DNA of 64,000 nt from Chloroflexota bacterium (GTDB lineage Bacteria; Chloroflexota; Dehalococcoidia; SM23-28-2; RBG-16-64-32): contig JADFQV010000001.1 in NCBI GenBank assembly GCA_022561635.1, positions 7,917 to 71,916 on the forward strand, in the 5' to 3' direction. The notes beneath the pieces were generated by a model. It had not been told where the DNA came from and made no database searches. It saw nothing but the letters and a program-made list of their open reading frames with translations. The translations under genes and the position numbers were made by a program. Below are positions 1 through 9,272 of this stretch, piece after piece (position 1 is the first letter of the stretch; every line of letters begins with the position of its first letter).

Positions 1-1
1 C

Positions 2-376
2 GTCCCGTTCCCGAACGCCCTGGGCGTCGACGACAGCAACCTTGACTGGCCCGGGGACCTGGACCGCATTCCGGTGCCGTTCAACAACGTCTGCGGCAAC
101 GTCGGCAGCTTCCACTTATGGTGCGACATGAACCTGAACATACCTTCAATCATGGCCGAGCAGGTGATCCCGCTATCGACGGTCGTCGGCCTGGCGGTGG
201 CGATTATCTATGTCTTATTTCGCGTCGGCTGGTTGCGCACCAAACGTGACCTCTTCATCGTCATGTTTACGGCGGTGCTGGTCTCCTACCTGGCGCTAGC
301 GATGGTTGGGAGCTTCTTCCGCGGTGAGGGTCAGAACCTGATCTGGCCGTGGGAGATCAAGGTAGACGAGGGCTAA
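2..376 (+). CDS. C-terminal part of a polytopic membrane protein, probably the cytochrome b subunit of the bc complex (5' end outside window)
   Basis: The frame is open from the window edge and the ORF-track Met at 74 is internal. Two hydrophobic helices lie directly upstream of the Rieske gene, with a 12 nt gap. Confidence 0.4.
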   Translation, partial: VPFPNALGVDDSNLDWPGDLDRIPVPFNNVCGNVGSFHLWCDMNLNIPSIMAEQVIPLSTVVGLAVAIIYVLFRVGWLRTKRDLFIVMFTAVLVSYLALAMVGSFFRGEGQNLIWPWEIKVDEG

Positions 377-388
377 ACGAGGAGCTAA

Positions 389-1111
389 ATGACCGACGAA
401 CCAGACCCGCAAGCTGACCTGCCCCAGGCGACGCCCGACCCGGCGCGCTCATTGGCCGTCGACACGCCCGTCGCCACGCCGTTGCCGAAACGCGAGCTGG
501 TCACACGCCGTATCTTCCTCCTGGGCGGCTTCTGGACCGCCATGGCCCTGATTCCCGTCGGCCTTCTCGGCTCGACGCTGGACTTCATGTGGCCACGCGG
601 CGGTGGCGGCTTCGGCGGGCCGATCAGCGTCACGCCCGACCGGATACCCGAAGAGGGCGCCGACCCGCTGAATATCGTCGAAGGGCGCTTCTGGCTCGTC
701 AACATGGAGCCCGGCCCAACGCCCTCCGGTGTGGCTACCCCCGGCGGACTGCTCGCGTTATACCAGAAGTGCCCTCACCTGGGCTGCAGAATCCCCTACA
801 CCCCGGGGTTCAGTTTCCGGGACATCAAGGGTTGGTTCCGCTGCCCCTGCCACGGCTCGACCTATACGAAGCGCGGCGGCGTCATCCTGTCCGGACCGGC
901 GCCGCGGCCGATGGACGTTTTCCCGCTGGAGGTGAACGACGACCTTAGCATCACCGTGCAGACGGGCCGCGACTTCGAGGGCACGGGCAGCGTCCTCAAC
1001 CCGCGCCTCTCCGCACCCTGGGAGGCCGGTGCAACAACACCCCTGCCCGGTGATCTGGAAAGCAGCGATGAGGGTGCCGAAGAAGAGGAAGAGACGCAGG
1101 ATTCCGCTTGA
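389..1111 (+). CDS. Rieske [2Fe-2S] iron-sulfur subunit of a cytochrome bc-type complex
   Basis: Both Rieske boxes are present: CPHLGC and CPCHGS. There is an N-terminal TM segment. The stop overlaps the next start (TTGA). Confidence 0.85.
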   Translation: MTDEPDPQADLPQATPDPARSLAVDTPVATPLPKRELVTRRIFLLGGFWTAMALIPVGLLGSTLDFMWPRGGGGFGGPISVTPDRIPEEGADPLNIVEGRFWLVNMEPGPTPSGVATPGGLLALYQKCPHLGCRIPYTPGFSFRDIKGWFRCPCHGSTYTKRGGVILSGPAPRPMDVFPLEVNDDLSITVQTGRDFEGTGSVLNPRLSAPWEAGATTPLPGDLESSDEGAEEEEETQDSA

Positions 1112-2277
1112 ACACCGCTAAGCAGATCAACATCATGATCGGCCTCATGATTGTGGGGCTCTTCGGCACGTTCCTGTACTTCATCTTCGACAACGGCTTC
1201 AACGCCTTCGGGCTCGATTTCGAGGGGCGCCAGAACGCAGCAGTCGTCCGGCAGGAGAAGACGAACGTCGAACGCGGCGCCGTGCTCTTCTCGCTCAACT
1301 GCCGGGCCTGCCACGGGCTCACGGGCCAGGGCGCACTGGAGCGAGCCGGGTTGCCGGGAGCGCCGCTGAACCTCGAAGACAACCGCCCGCCCGAGCTCAC
1401 AGAGGCTCAGGTCAAGGCGAAGGCGGACCGTTTCAACGGCACGATCACCTGCGGCCGTGTCGGCACGCTGATGCCGCCGTGGTCCAGAGACGAAAACGGC
1501 CCTCTCAACGATTTTCAGATCGAGCAGCTCGTCCTGCTCATCACGAGCGAGTTCTCCGAGGAAGGCTGGGAGCACGTCGTCGAAGACGGCAACCACAGCG
1601 ACCAGTTTGGCCCGCGGAAGCAGCTTGCCGCCGCCGTCGGACCGGGCGACACCACGATCCAGCTGAACGACGCGTCCGGGCTGATCGTCGAGGACGCGCT
1701 GAGAATAGGTGGCGACACGATCGACGAGGCCTACGAAGTGCTGATCATCCTCTCCATCGACGAGGATACCGGCAGCGTTGAGGTTGAGCGCGCCGCGATG
1801 GGCTCCAAGGCGCTGTCGCATGAGGCTGAGGTGGAGGTCTACAACGGCCCGCTGGCCCCGCCCGACGGCCCGATCATCGGCGCACCCGGTACGGTGCCGC
1901 CGTGCGGCCAGAAGAACGCCGAACCGGAAGCAGCAACAGGGTCGGCCGCTATCGTCAGCATCTCAGGCGATGTCGAGTTCAAGATGAGCGACAACTTCTT
2001 CGGCCTGGACGAGGCGATCAACCCGACGTTGGAGATCGCCGCCGAAGATATAGTGAACTTCACGATCCCCAACGTCGGCACGGCCATCCACAACCTGCGC
2101 TTCGCCGGCCCGGACGGCGAGTACCAGACGGACGACGACTTCGTTTCCGACCCGGACTTGATCTCGGGCGGCGAGGAAGGCACGCTGGAGTTCACGTTCG
2201 GCGAAGCGGCGACGTTCCCCTACCGCTGCGACTTCCACCCTACAGAGATGCTGGGCGAAGTCACGGTCACCGGGTAG
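1108..2277 (+). CDS. Membrane-anchored monoheme cytochrome c fused to a C-terminal type-1 copper (cupredoxin) domain
   Basis: TTG start overlaps the Rieske stop. It has an N-terminal TM helix and a single CRACH heme-binding motif. The C-terminus carries the H..C-x2-H-x4-M ligand set (AIHN, YRCDFHPTEM). Confidence 0.75.
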   Translation: MNTAKQINIMIGLMIVGLFGTFLYFIFDNGFNAFGLDFEGRQNAAVVRQEKTNVERGAVLFSLNCRACHGLTGQGALERAGLPGAPLNLEDNRPPELTEAQVKAKADRFNGTITCGRVGTLMPPWSRDENGPLNDFQIEQLVLLITSEFSEEGWEHVVEDGNHSDQFGPRKQLAAAVGPGDTTIQLNDASGLIVEDALRIGGDTIDEAYEVLIILSIDEDTGSVEVERAAMGSKALSHEAEVEVYNGPLAPPDGPIIGAPGTVPPCGQKNAEPEAATGSAAIVSISGDVEFKMSDNFFGLDEAINPTLEIAAEDIVNFTIPNVGTAIHNLRFAGPDGEYQTDDDFVSDPDLISGGEEGTLEFTFGEAATFPYRCDFHPTEMLGEVTVTG

Positions 2278-2336
2278 CCTGTGCCGGTTCCGGGGTTGTA
2301 TTCTCGACCTGGAAACGCCCCCCGGAGGTTCGTTGA

Positions 2337-2813
2337 TTGAGGCTCGCGCCCGCACTGTTATTGCTCCTGGCCGCCGCGCTGTTCGTTGCCGCCTGCGTGA
2401 ACGACGATGACGGTAGCGACGCCGTCGTCAGCGAAACGCCGAACCTCTTTCCCTCGCAGCCTGTGCCGCAGGAACAGCCGGACCCAGCCCAGGCGCTGGA
2501 CGCAACGCTGACCGAACCTGTGGACGGCGTGATCGAAGTGACGCTGCAGGACATCCTATTCTCGCCGAACAACCTGCACGTCCCGCTTGGCGAGGCGGTA
2601 ACGATCCGGCTCACCAACAACGACCCGGCGACGCACACTATGCGTGTCGCCGGCATCGACGGCCGCTACGACACCGAGGACGATGCCCTCGTGCCGGAGA
2701 TCGCCCCCGGCACAGTAGAGGAGCTGACGCTCGATGGCGCAGCCGCCGGGACGCTCACGTTCCGCTGCGATCTACACCCGGGCACCATGGGCGGCGTAAT
2801 CGTCGTCGATTAG
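2337..2813 (+). CDS. Blue-copper (plastocyanin/auracyanin-like cupredoxin) lipoprotein
   Basis: TTG start. Lipoprotein signal LFVAAC. Type-1 Cu ligands H (ATHTM) and C-x2-H-x3-M (RCDLHPGTM). Confidence 0.75.
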   Translation: MRLAPALLLLLAAALFVAACVNDDDGSDAVVSETPNLFPSQPVPQEQPDPAQALDATLTEPVDGVIEVTLQDILFSPNNLHVPLGEAVTIRLTNNDPATHTMRVAGIDGRYDTEDDALVPEIAPGTVEELTLDGAAAGTLTFRCDLHPGTMGGVIVVD

Positions 2814-2825
2814 CGCGACCTCGCT

Positions 2826-4476
2826 CTACTTGCGGCCGAGCGACTGCTTGCTCGGCCGGTCCCGCCGCTGATCGATCAGCTCGTGGCACTCGCCGTCGCT
2901 GATCTCGTAGACGTGCGTAGCCACCTGCTCAAGGATGCCCGGATCGTGGGCGGCGCAGATGATCGTGCCATCGTACTTCGCCAGCACCTCGATCAGCTTG
3001 CGGCGCGTCGTGTGGTCGAGGTGGTTCGTCGGCTCGTCGAGGACGAGGACGTTGGTCGGTTGCACGGTCAGCCGGGCCAACGCGACGCGGCTGCGCTCGC
3101 CGCCGGAAAGCGAGCGGATGCGCTGAAAGACATCGTCCCCGCGGAAGAGGAACTGACCGAGCACCGTTCGCAGACGCTCGTCGCGCGCCGTCGGCGCGGC
3201 GGTCCGCAGCTCCTCGAGGGGCGTCTTGTCCGGATCGAGAGCTTCGTCCTGGTGCTGGTCGTAGTAGCCGCAGCGGGCGAGCTCGGCCCACCGCACGCTA
3301 CCCTCCGTAGGTTGGATGTGGCCGGTGGCGATCTTGAGGAGCGTGCTCTTGCCGCTGCCGTTCGGGCCCACGAGCACGATTTTCTGTCCGCGCTCCACGT
3401 GCAGGTTCACATCAACGAGGACGACGTGGTCAGTCTGGCCGTCCGGGTCGCCCGCTCGTAGCGGATACGCGTGGCCGATGCCCTCCAGGACGAGCACGTC
3501 GTTCTCGGTACGGCCCTGAGCCTGAAGCCCGATGTGCACCTCTGACTCCTTGCTCGGCCGTTTGATGCGCTCGATGCGATCCAGCGCCTTCTGGCGGCTC
3601 TTGACCGCCGTAGCCTTCGTATTCTTGGCGCGAAAACGCTCGATGAAGCGCTCCTGCTTCCTCAGCTGGCTCTCCTGGCGGCCGGCTGCTTTGTCCAGCT
3701 GCTGAAGCTTGGCGGCCTTCACGCGCTGGTACTCGCTATAGTTGCCGTGATAAAGCTCGACCGCGCCCTCGCGTAGCTCCAGGATGCGATTGGCGACGGC
3801 GTCGAGGAACTCGCCGTCGTGGGTGACGATGAGCAGCGCCCCGTTGTAGTCGGAGAGGTCTTCCGCCAACCAGTCGCGAGCGGCTTTGTCGAGGTGGTTG
3901 GTCGGCTCGTCGAGGAGGATGTTGGCGGGGCGTCGCACGAGGACCTTGGCCAGCGCGATGCGCATCTGCCAGCCACCGCTGAAGGCGCCGCAATGCTTCT
4001 TGCGGTCCGGCACCGAGAAGCCCAGCCCGTCCAGCACCCGCGCGATGCGGGACTCGATGCGATAGCCGTCGAGGCGGTCGAACTCCTCGAAGAGCGCGGC
4101 CTGCTCCCCGATCAGCGCGTCGACGTCGCCATCCCCCGCGACGAGTGCGTCGGCGACTTCCGCCAGGCGCAGCTCGATGCGGCGGGCCTCCGGGAAGGCA
4201 GTCCACATCTCGGCGAAGAGAGTGTTGTCGCTCTCGACGCCCGATTCCTGCTTCAGGTAGCCGAGCTCACCCCCGCGGCCCTCGTGCGACTTGCCGGAGA
4301 AGCCCGCCCGGCCCTCGTCCGCCTCGTCCTCGCCGGCGATGAGGCGCAGAAGCGTCGTCTTGCCAGCGCCGTTCGGCCCCACCAGGCCGACGCGCTCGCC
4401 CTTGCCCACGGTGAAGGAGACGCCCTGGAGCACATCCAGGCCGCCGAACGATCGCGCTATGGATTCAGCGAAAAGC
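2826..4476 (-). CDS. ABC-F family ATPase (two tandem ABC domains, no TMD; EttA/Uup-like translation factor)
   Basis: Two Walker A motifs (GPNGAGKT, GPNGSGKS) and two signature motifs (FSGGWQMR, LSGGERSR). True start is ATG 4476 (MLFAESIARSF). The ORF-track N-terminal 150 aa is a spurious Arg-rich read-through that overlaps trxB. Confidence 0.85.
2833..2858. terminator. Perfect 9-bp GC hairpin (cggccgagc/gctcggccg) at the convergent junction of the cupredoxin gene and the ABC-F gene; possible bidirectional terminator
   Basis: Inverted repeat read directly. It lies inside the last codons of the ABC-F CDS, 20 nt past the cupredoxin stop. There is no U-tract. Confidence 0.4.
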
Positions 4477-4549
4477 ATCGTTATCCAGTGTATCGCGGCC
4501 GCAAGAACGCCGCCCCGAAGGACGGCGCTCACAACTTTCGCGGCGCTGG

Positions 4550-5527
4550 TTAGGCGGAGGCGGTGGCCTCGGCCGGTTCGGCGGAGTGCAGCTCCAAGTC
4601 CGGGAACTTGTCGGCGAGGTAGTGCTCGACGCCGATGGCGGCGGTGACGCCGTCGCCGACGCTCGAAGCGACCTGGCGGGCGCTGTTCTGGCGCACGTCG
4701 CCGGCGACGAAGAGGCCGGGCTGCGGCGTGCGCATCCATTCGTCGACGATGACGTGGCCGCCCTTGTCCATCGGGACGAGGTCGCCGACGAAGTTCGAGT
4801 TCGGGTGCTGGCCGATGAAGATGAAGACGGCAGCGATAGGCTTCTCGCTCTCCTCGCCGGTCTTGACGTCCTTCAGCTTCACGCCCGTCACCTGCTCGTC
4901 GCCGAGGATCTCGGTGACGATAGTGTTCCACTGGAAGTCGATCTTGTCGTTGGCGAAGGCGCGCTCCTGCAGGATCGCGCTTCCGCGCAGCTCGTCCCGG
5001 CGGTGCACGATCGTGACCTTCGTGACATAGCGAGTCGTGAAGATCGCTTCCTCGAGCGCCGCGTCGCCGCCGCCGACGACGATCGCCTCCATGTCCTTGA
5101 AGAACGCCGCGTCGCAGGTGGCGCAGTAGGAGACACCCTTGCCGGTCAGCTCCTCCTCGCCGGGGATGCCAAGCTTGTCGTAGTCGGCGCCGGCGGTCAT
5201 GATGATCGCCTTCGCCGTGTAGTCACCGTCGCTCGTGCGCACGGTCCAGAGGTCACCGGACTGCTCGATGCCGTTGACTTCGACGTAGGCCGTCTCCATG
5301 CCGTAGCTCTCGGCCTGCTGAAGCATCTCCTGCGCCAGGTCGAAGCCGTTGATGCTCTTGATGCCGGGGTAGTTCTCGACCAGCTCTGTGAGAGCGATCT
5401 GGCCGCCGATCACGCCCTTCTCTAGTAGGACGGTCTTGCGGCGGCCACGCGCCGCATAAACACCGGCGGCGAGTCCAGCCGGACCGCCGCCGATAATTAC
5501 GACGTCGTGTTGTCGGTCGTCAGCCAC
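4550..5527 (-). CDS. trxB: Thioredoxin-disulfide reductase
   Basis: FAD motif GGGPAGLAAG, redox-active CATCD and an NADPH motif. Directly follows trxA with a 0 nt gap. Confidence 0.9.
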   Translation of the reverse strand: MADDRQHDVVIIGGGPAGLAAGVYAARGRRKTVLLEKGVIGGQIALTELVENYPGIKSINGFDLAQEMLQQAESYGMETAYVEVNGIEQSGDLWTVRTSDGDYTAKAIIMTAGADYDKLGIPGEEELTGKGVSYCATCDAAFFKDMEAIVVGGGDAALEEAIFTTRYVTKVTIVHRRDELRGSAILQERAFANDKIDFQWNTIVTEILGDEQVTGVKLKDVKTGEESEKPIAAVFIFIGQHPNSNFVGDLVPMDKGGHVIVDEWMRTPQPGLFVAGDVRQNSARQVASSVGDGVTAAIGVEHYLADKFPDLELHSAEPAEATASA

Positions 5528-5854
5528 CTAGGCGAGAGCCTTGTCCAACGACTTCTTCAGTTCGCTCTTGGGCCGGAAGCCGACCACCTGCTCGACGGCC
5601 TCGCCGCCCTTGAACACCATGAGCGTGGGGATGCTGCGAATGCCGTACTTGGATGCCGTCTCGATGTTGTCGTCTGTGTTGAGCTTGACGAACTTCACCT
5701 TGCCGTCGTACTCCTCGGCCAGCTCATCGACGACTGGGGCCACCATCTTGCAGGGACCGCACCAGGGCGCCCAGAAGTCTACTAGCACTGGCGTATCGCT
5801 GGACAGGACCTCTGCATCCCACTCGTTGTCCGATACGTCCTGGGGCTTGGTCAT
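5528..5854 (-). CDS. trxA: Thioredoxin
   Basis: WCGPC active site; 108 aa. Confidence 0.9.
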   Translation of the reverse strand: MTKPQDVSDNEWDAEVLSSDTPVLVDFWAPWCGPCKMVAPVVDELAEEYDGKVKFVKLNTDDNIETASKYGIRSIPTLMVFKGGEAVEQVVGFRPKSELKKSLDKALA

Positions 5855-5884
5855 GTGGATCCTCCTGCGGTTTCTACCTTGCGG

Positions 5885-5914
5885 TTGACTCGTTTGGTGA
5901 GCTTATGCTAGCAT
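5885..5914 (+). promoter_or_regulatory. Putative sigma-70-like promoter of csoR (TTGACT-18nt-TAGCAT)
   Basis: Hexamers read in sequence. The operator lies immediately downstream. Confidence 0.35.
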
Positions 5915-5929
5915 ACCCCCGAGGGGTAT
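5913..5929. promoter_or_regulatory. CsoR-type operator: 7-bp GC-rich inverted repeat ATACCCC-cga-GGGGTAT overlapping the csoR start codon
   Basis: Perfect palindrome read directly. It matches the known architecture of CsoR/RcnR operators (ATACCC...GGGTAT type). It sits in the 73-nt divergent trxA/csoR intergenic region. Confidence 0.5.
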
Positions 5930-6251
5930 GTCAATGGACACTGATACGAAGCAAAAGACCAGCGACGATCTGGAGCAGGACGTACAGGCCTTGCTCGCTC
6001 GTCTGCGCCGCATCGAGGGCCAAATTCGCGGCATCCAGCGCATGCTGGAAGAGGACCGCGTGTGCGAGGACATAGTGACACAACTAATGGCTGCGCGCAG
6101 CAGCCTCGACCAGGTAGGTGTGCGCCTCCTGGATCACCACGTGGAACGCTGCCTCTGCGATGACGAGTCGCCAGAGCAGCGGGTCCGCAACATGCAGCAG
6201 GCGCTCAAGATGTGGATGCGCATGGGCGCCCCGAAACAGCAAGACGCCTAG
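5928..6251 (+). CDS. csoR: CsoR/RcnR/FrmR-family metal-sensing transcriptional repressor (Cys-His-Cys, Cu(I)-sensor type)
   Basis: RIEGQIRGIQRML helix; ligand pattern C (RVCED) ... H-x3-C (HVERC). 107 aa. Alternative start at ATG 5934. Confidence 0.75.
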   Translation: MSMDTDTKQKTSDDLEQDVQALLARLRRIEGQIRGIQRMLEEDRVCEDIVTQLMAARSSLDQVGVRLLDHHVERCLCDDESPEQRVRNMQQALKMWMRMGAPKQQDA

Positions 6252-6324
6252 CGCCGGCTCTGGCGCCGCTCTCCTGGTAGGCCGACCGGTCAGTCTCTTT
6301 CGCTCGCAATCCCCTACTCTGGCG

Positions 6325-6332
6325 TGTATAAT
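6325..6332 (+). promoter_or_regulatory. Extended -10 element TGTATAAT for tetR (predicts a leaderless or near-leaderless mRNA)
   Basis: Perfect TGnTATAAT lies 13 nt upstream of ATG 6345. Confidence 0.4.
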
Positions 6333-6344
6333 CCGGCACGATTC

Positions 6345-6965
6345 ATGACTACCGCGCCAACACCCATCAAGCGCCGCCGCAGCCGTGAACAGACCCGCCA
6401 GCGGCTTCTCGACGCTGCTCTTCAGATTTTCGCCCGCAACGGCTTCGAACGCGCGACGATCGACGAAATCGTGCGCGAGGCCGGCTTCTCCAAGGGTGCC
6501 TTCTACGTCCACTTCGAGAGCAAGGAAGACCTCTTCTGGGAGATTCTTCGCCAGCGCATCGAGGCGCGCAAGGAGACCCTGCGGCAAGCCCTCGAACCGA
6601 GCGCCGGCATCGCCGAGAATCAGCGCCTCCTCCTTGAGGCTCTCTTCGAGGCTCCTGGCAGCGAACCGCTGGGCCCGGCCGTCTACTACGAGTTCATGGC
6701 CCATGGCATGCGCAACGAAAAGGTTCGCGCGCGCCTGTCCGAGTTCTACGCCGGCTGGCACGACTTCGTCGTCGATGCAATCAAGGTTGGCCGCGAAAGA
6801 CAGGTCATCCGCGACGACGTGGACATCTCGCTGCAGGCCTCGGCTCTCATGGCCACGTACGAGGGTGCGCTGATCCAGTCACAGCTGGCGCCCGAACATC
6901 TGCGCCTCAGCGGCCGCGTAACCGAGCTCTCGGAGCTACTCGCCGACTGGCTCGTCCGCCGCTAA
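6345..6965 (+). CDS. TetR/AcrR-family transcriptional regulator
   Basis: N-terminal HTH (RLLDAALQIFARNGFERATIDEIVREAGFSKGAFYVHF). Start moved to in-frame ATG 6345 because the extended -10 sits at 6325-6332. The ORF-track start at 6324 would lie inside the promoter. Confidence 0.75.
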   Translation: MTTAPTPIKRRRSREQTRQRLLDAALQIFARNGFERATIDEIVREAGFSKGAFYVHFESKEDLFWEILRQRIEARKETLRQALEPSAGIAENQRLLLEALFEAPGSEPLGPAVYYEFMAHGMRNEKVRARLSEFYAGWHDFVVDAIKVGRERQVIRDDVDISLQASALMATYEGALIQSQLAPEHLRLSGRVTELSELLADWLVRR

Positions 6966-7985
6966 AGCGGCTGCCGTCTGCGCCTGCGCCGGGACCGTCT
7001 GCTGAATCGCCTCCAGCATGCCTGAGCGCGCGGACTCCACCGCCACCCTCAGCGAGCTCGAGATCGCCTTGGCGTCGCTGCTGCCGTGGCCGATGAACAC
7101 GAGCCCCTTCGTGCCCAGGAGTGGGCCGGCGCCATACTCCCGGTAGTCTGTCTTCTTTCGCACCTGTCCGAACGCGGGCAGAAGCAGGACGCCAGCAGCC
7201 ATGTACCAGGGCCGGCTCTTGATCGCGCTCCGGATCTCGCCCATCACGTATTCCGCCATGCCCTCCATCGTCTTGACGACGACGTTGCCCGTGAAGCCGT
7301 CCGTGACGATGACGTCGGCCGTGGCGAACGGTAAGTCGCGCCCCTCGACGTTGCCGATGAAGTTGAGCGAGCTGGCCTTCAGCAGGTCGTACGCCTCCTG
7401 CGTCAGCGAGTTGCCCTTGCCCTCCTCCTCGCCGATGTTAAGCAGCGCCACTGTGGGGTTGTCGCGCTTCCAGACGCGTTCCATGTAGGCTGCCGCCATC
7501 TGCGCCCACTGCAGCATGTACGAAGGCCGTGCGTCGGCGTTCGCGCCCGCGTCCAGCAGCACGGTAAGTTGGCCGGAAAGCGGCATCAGCGCCGCGAGCG
7601 TCGGCCGCTCGATGCCGCGGACGCGACCGATGTACATGATCGCACCAGCCAATATCGCGCCCGTGTTGCCCGCGGAGACGAAGGCGTCTGCTTCGCCGCG
7701 CTTGACCAGCTTGAGGCCGACGACGATCGACGACTTCTTCTTCTGGCGGGCCGCCAGCGCCGGTGACTCTTCCATCGCGATCACTTCCGGCGCGTGCACA
7801 ACCGTGACGCCATCAGGGCGCGCACCGTGCTTGGCGATCTCGGCCTCCAGCACCTCCTGCGGGCCGACGAGCGCGACGCGCACGCCCAGGTCGCGGGCGG
7901 CTTGCAAGCCGCCGAGGACGATCTCGCCCGGGGCGTCGTCGCCGCCCATGGCGTCGAGGGCGATTATGGGGTCAGAGGTGGTCAT
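6936..7985 (-). CDS. plsX: Phosphate acyltransferase PlsX
   Basis: PlsX-family fold over the full length (MTTSDPIIALDAMGGD...). Its 3' end overlaps the 3' end of tetR by 30 nt (convergent). Confidence 0.85.
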   Translation of the reverse strand: MTTSDPIIALDAMGGDDAPGEIVLGGLQAARDLGVRVALVGPQEVLEAEIAKHGARPDGVTVVHAPEVIAMEESPALAARQKKKSSIVVGLKLVKRGEADAFVSAGNTGAILAGAIMYIGRVRGIERPTLAALMPLSGQLTVLLDAGANADARPSYMLQWAQMAAAYMERVWKRDNPTVALLNIGEEEGKGNSLTQEAYDLLKASSLNFIGNVEGRDLPFATADVIVTDGFTGNVVVKTMEGMAEYVMGEIRSAIKSRPWYMAAGVLLLPAFGQVRKKTDYREYGAGPLLGTKGLVFIGHGSSDAKAISSSLRVAVESARSGMLEAIQQTVPAQAQTAAALAADEPVGE

Positions 7986-7994
7986 GTCCGAGGC

Positions 7995-9197
7995 CTATCC
8001 CGAACCATCGAATTCATCCTTCATTCGTTTGCGAAGATCCGGGCTCAGGAGCACGTCGATGCCCGTCATCGCCAGTGCCTTTGCGCCGTCCAGCAAGCCC
8101 GCGTGACCCGACTCGCTCCGGGCGATCTCGCGGAACTCCTCCGTATGGATCGGCACGTCGGGCGGCGCGATCGAGATCGCCGGGTGGATGCCGGGGACGA
8201 CCTGGCTGACGTTGCCCATGTCGGTTGATCCCATCGAGCGCTTCGACTCTGGCATCACCGTCGTCCGGCCGAGGCCCTCGATGTTGTCGCGATAAGCCTC
8301 GGCGAGAGCCATGTTCGTGCGCATCGTCTTGTAGCGGGACTCCTCGCCCCACTTGTGGACGAGCTCGCAGCCGGTGGCCTGGGCAGCGCCCTCGAAGCAG
8401 GCGAGCACCTTCGGCTTCAGCGCCTCGTCCATGTACGTGTCTTCCTCGGTGCGGATGAGAAGCTTGGCCTTCGTGAGAGAAGGGATCACGTTCACGGCCT
8501 GCCCGCCTTCTGTGATGATGCCGTGGACGCGAGCGGAGTCGCGGATCTGCTGGCGCATGAGGCCGAGGTTCGAGAACGCAGCGACCATTGCATCGAGAGC
8601 GTTCAGGCCGGCCTCCGGGCGAGCGGCGGCGTGCGCTGCCTTGCCGCGAAACTCGATCTCCAGCTCAAGGCAAGCGAGCGCATAGGCGACGAAGGTGTTG
8701 CGGTTGCCGGGGTGCACCATCATCGCGCAGTCGAGGCCCTCGAAGGCGCCGCGGGAGACCATGTACACCTTGCCGCCGGCGGCTTCCTCGGCGGGCGTGC
8801 CGATCACAACCACGGTGCCACTACCGTCTTCCTGCAACAAGCTCTTGAGCGCGATGCCAGCCGCCGCCGCCGCCGTGCCGATGATGTTGTGTCCGCAGCC
8901 GTGACCGACGCCCGGCAGCGCATCGTATTCGGCCACGAAGGCGATGCGCGGCTCGCCACTGCCGTAGGTGGCGCGAAAAGCTGTCTCGATCTCGCAGATG
9001 CCGCGCTCGAGGGCAAATCCCTGTCCCTCCAGAAAGTCCGCGAGCATGGCGGAGGACTTGTGCTCCTGGAAGGCGACCTCGGGCGTGGCGTGAATCCGCA
9101 GCGAAAGGTCGATCAGCTCCTGCTTTCGCCCTTCGATCTCATCCGCCGCCCGCTGTTTGATGGCGGCTGCGTTCTCGCTGACCCGTTGCTTGCTCAA
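7995..9197 (-). CDS. M20-family amidohydrolase / aminoacylase (peptidase M20D)
   Basis: Metal-binding motifs (AEYDALPGVGHGCGHNIIG, GTPAEE). TTG start at 9197 is preceded by GGGAGGAG. The upstream 290 aa in the ORF track is a spurious extension. Confidence 0.8.
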   Translation of the reverse strand: MSKQRVSENAAAIKQRAADEIEGRKQELIDLSLRIHATPEVAFQEHKSSAMLADFLEGQGFALERGICEIETAFRATYGSGEPRIAFVAEYDALPGVGHGCGHNIIGTAAAAAGIALKSLLQEDGSGTVVVIGTPAEEAAGGKVYMVSRGAFEGLDCAMMVHPGNRNTFVAYALACLELEIEFRGKAAHAAARPEAGLNALDAMVAAFSNLGLMRQQIRDSARVHGIITEGGQAVNVIPSLTKAKLLIRTEEDTYMDEALKPKVLACFEGAAQATGCELVHKWGEESRYKTMRTNMALAEAYRDNIEGLGRTTVMPESKRSMGSTDMGNVSQVVPGIHPAISIAPPDVPIHTEEFREIARSESGHAGLLDGAKALAMTGIDVLLSPDLRKRMKDEFDGSG

Positions 9198-9272
9198 GAA
9201 ATCTCCTCCCTGACGGGATTCTAACGCAAGACGTGGACTGAGAGGCAGGCAGACGGTAGTCTTACGCTCCGG

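Noticed and set aside
862-1821. 319-aa minus-strand ORF overlapping the Rieske and cytochrome c genes
   Set aside because: It is Arg/Ala-rich antisense translation typical of high-GC DNA. It has no motifs and sits entirely inside two well-supported plus-strand genes.
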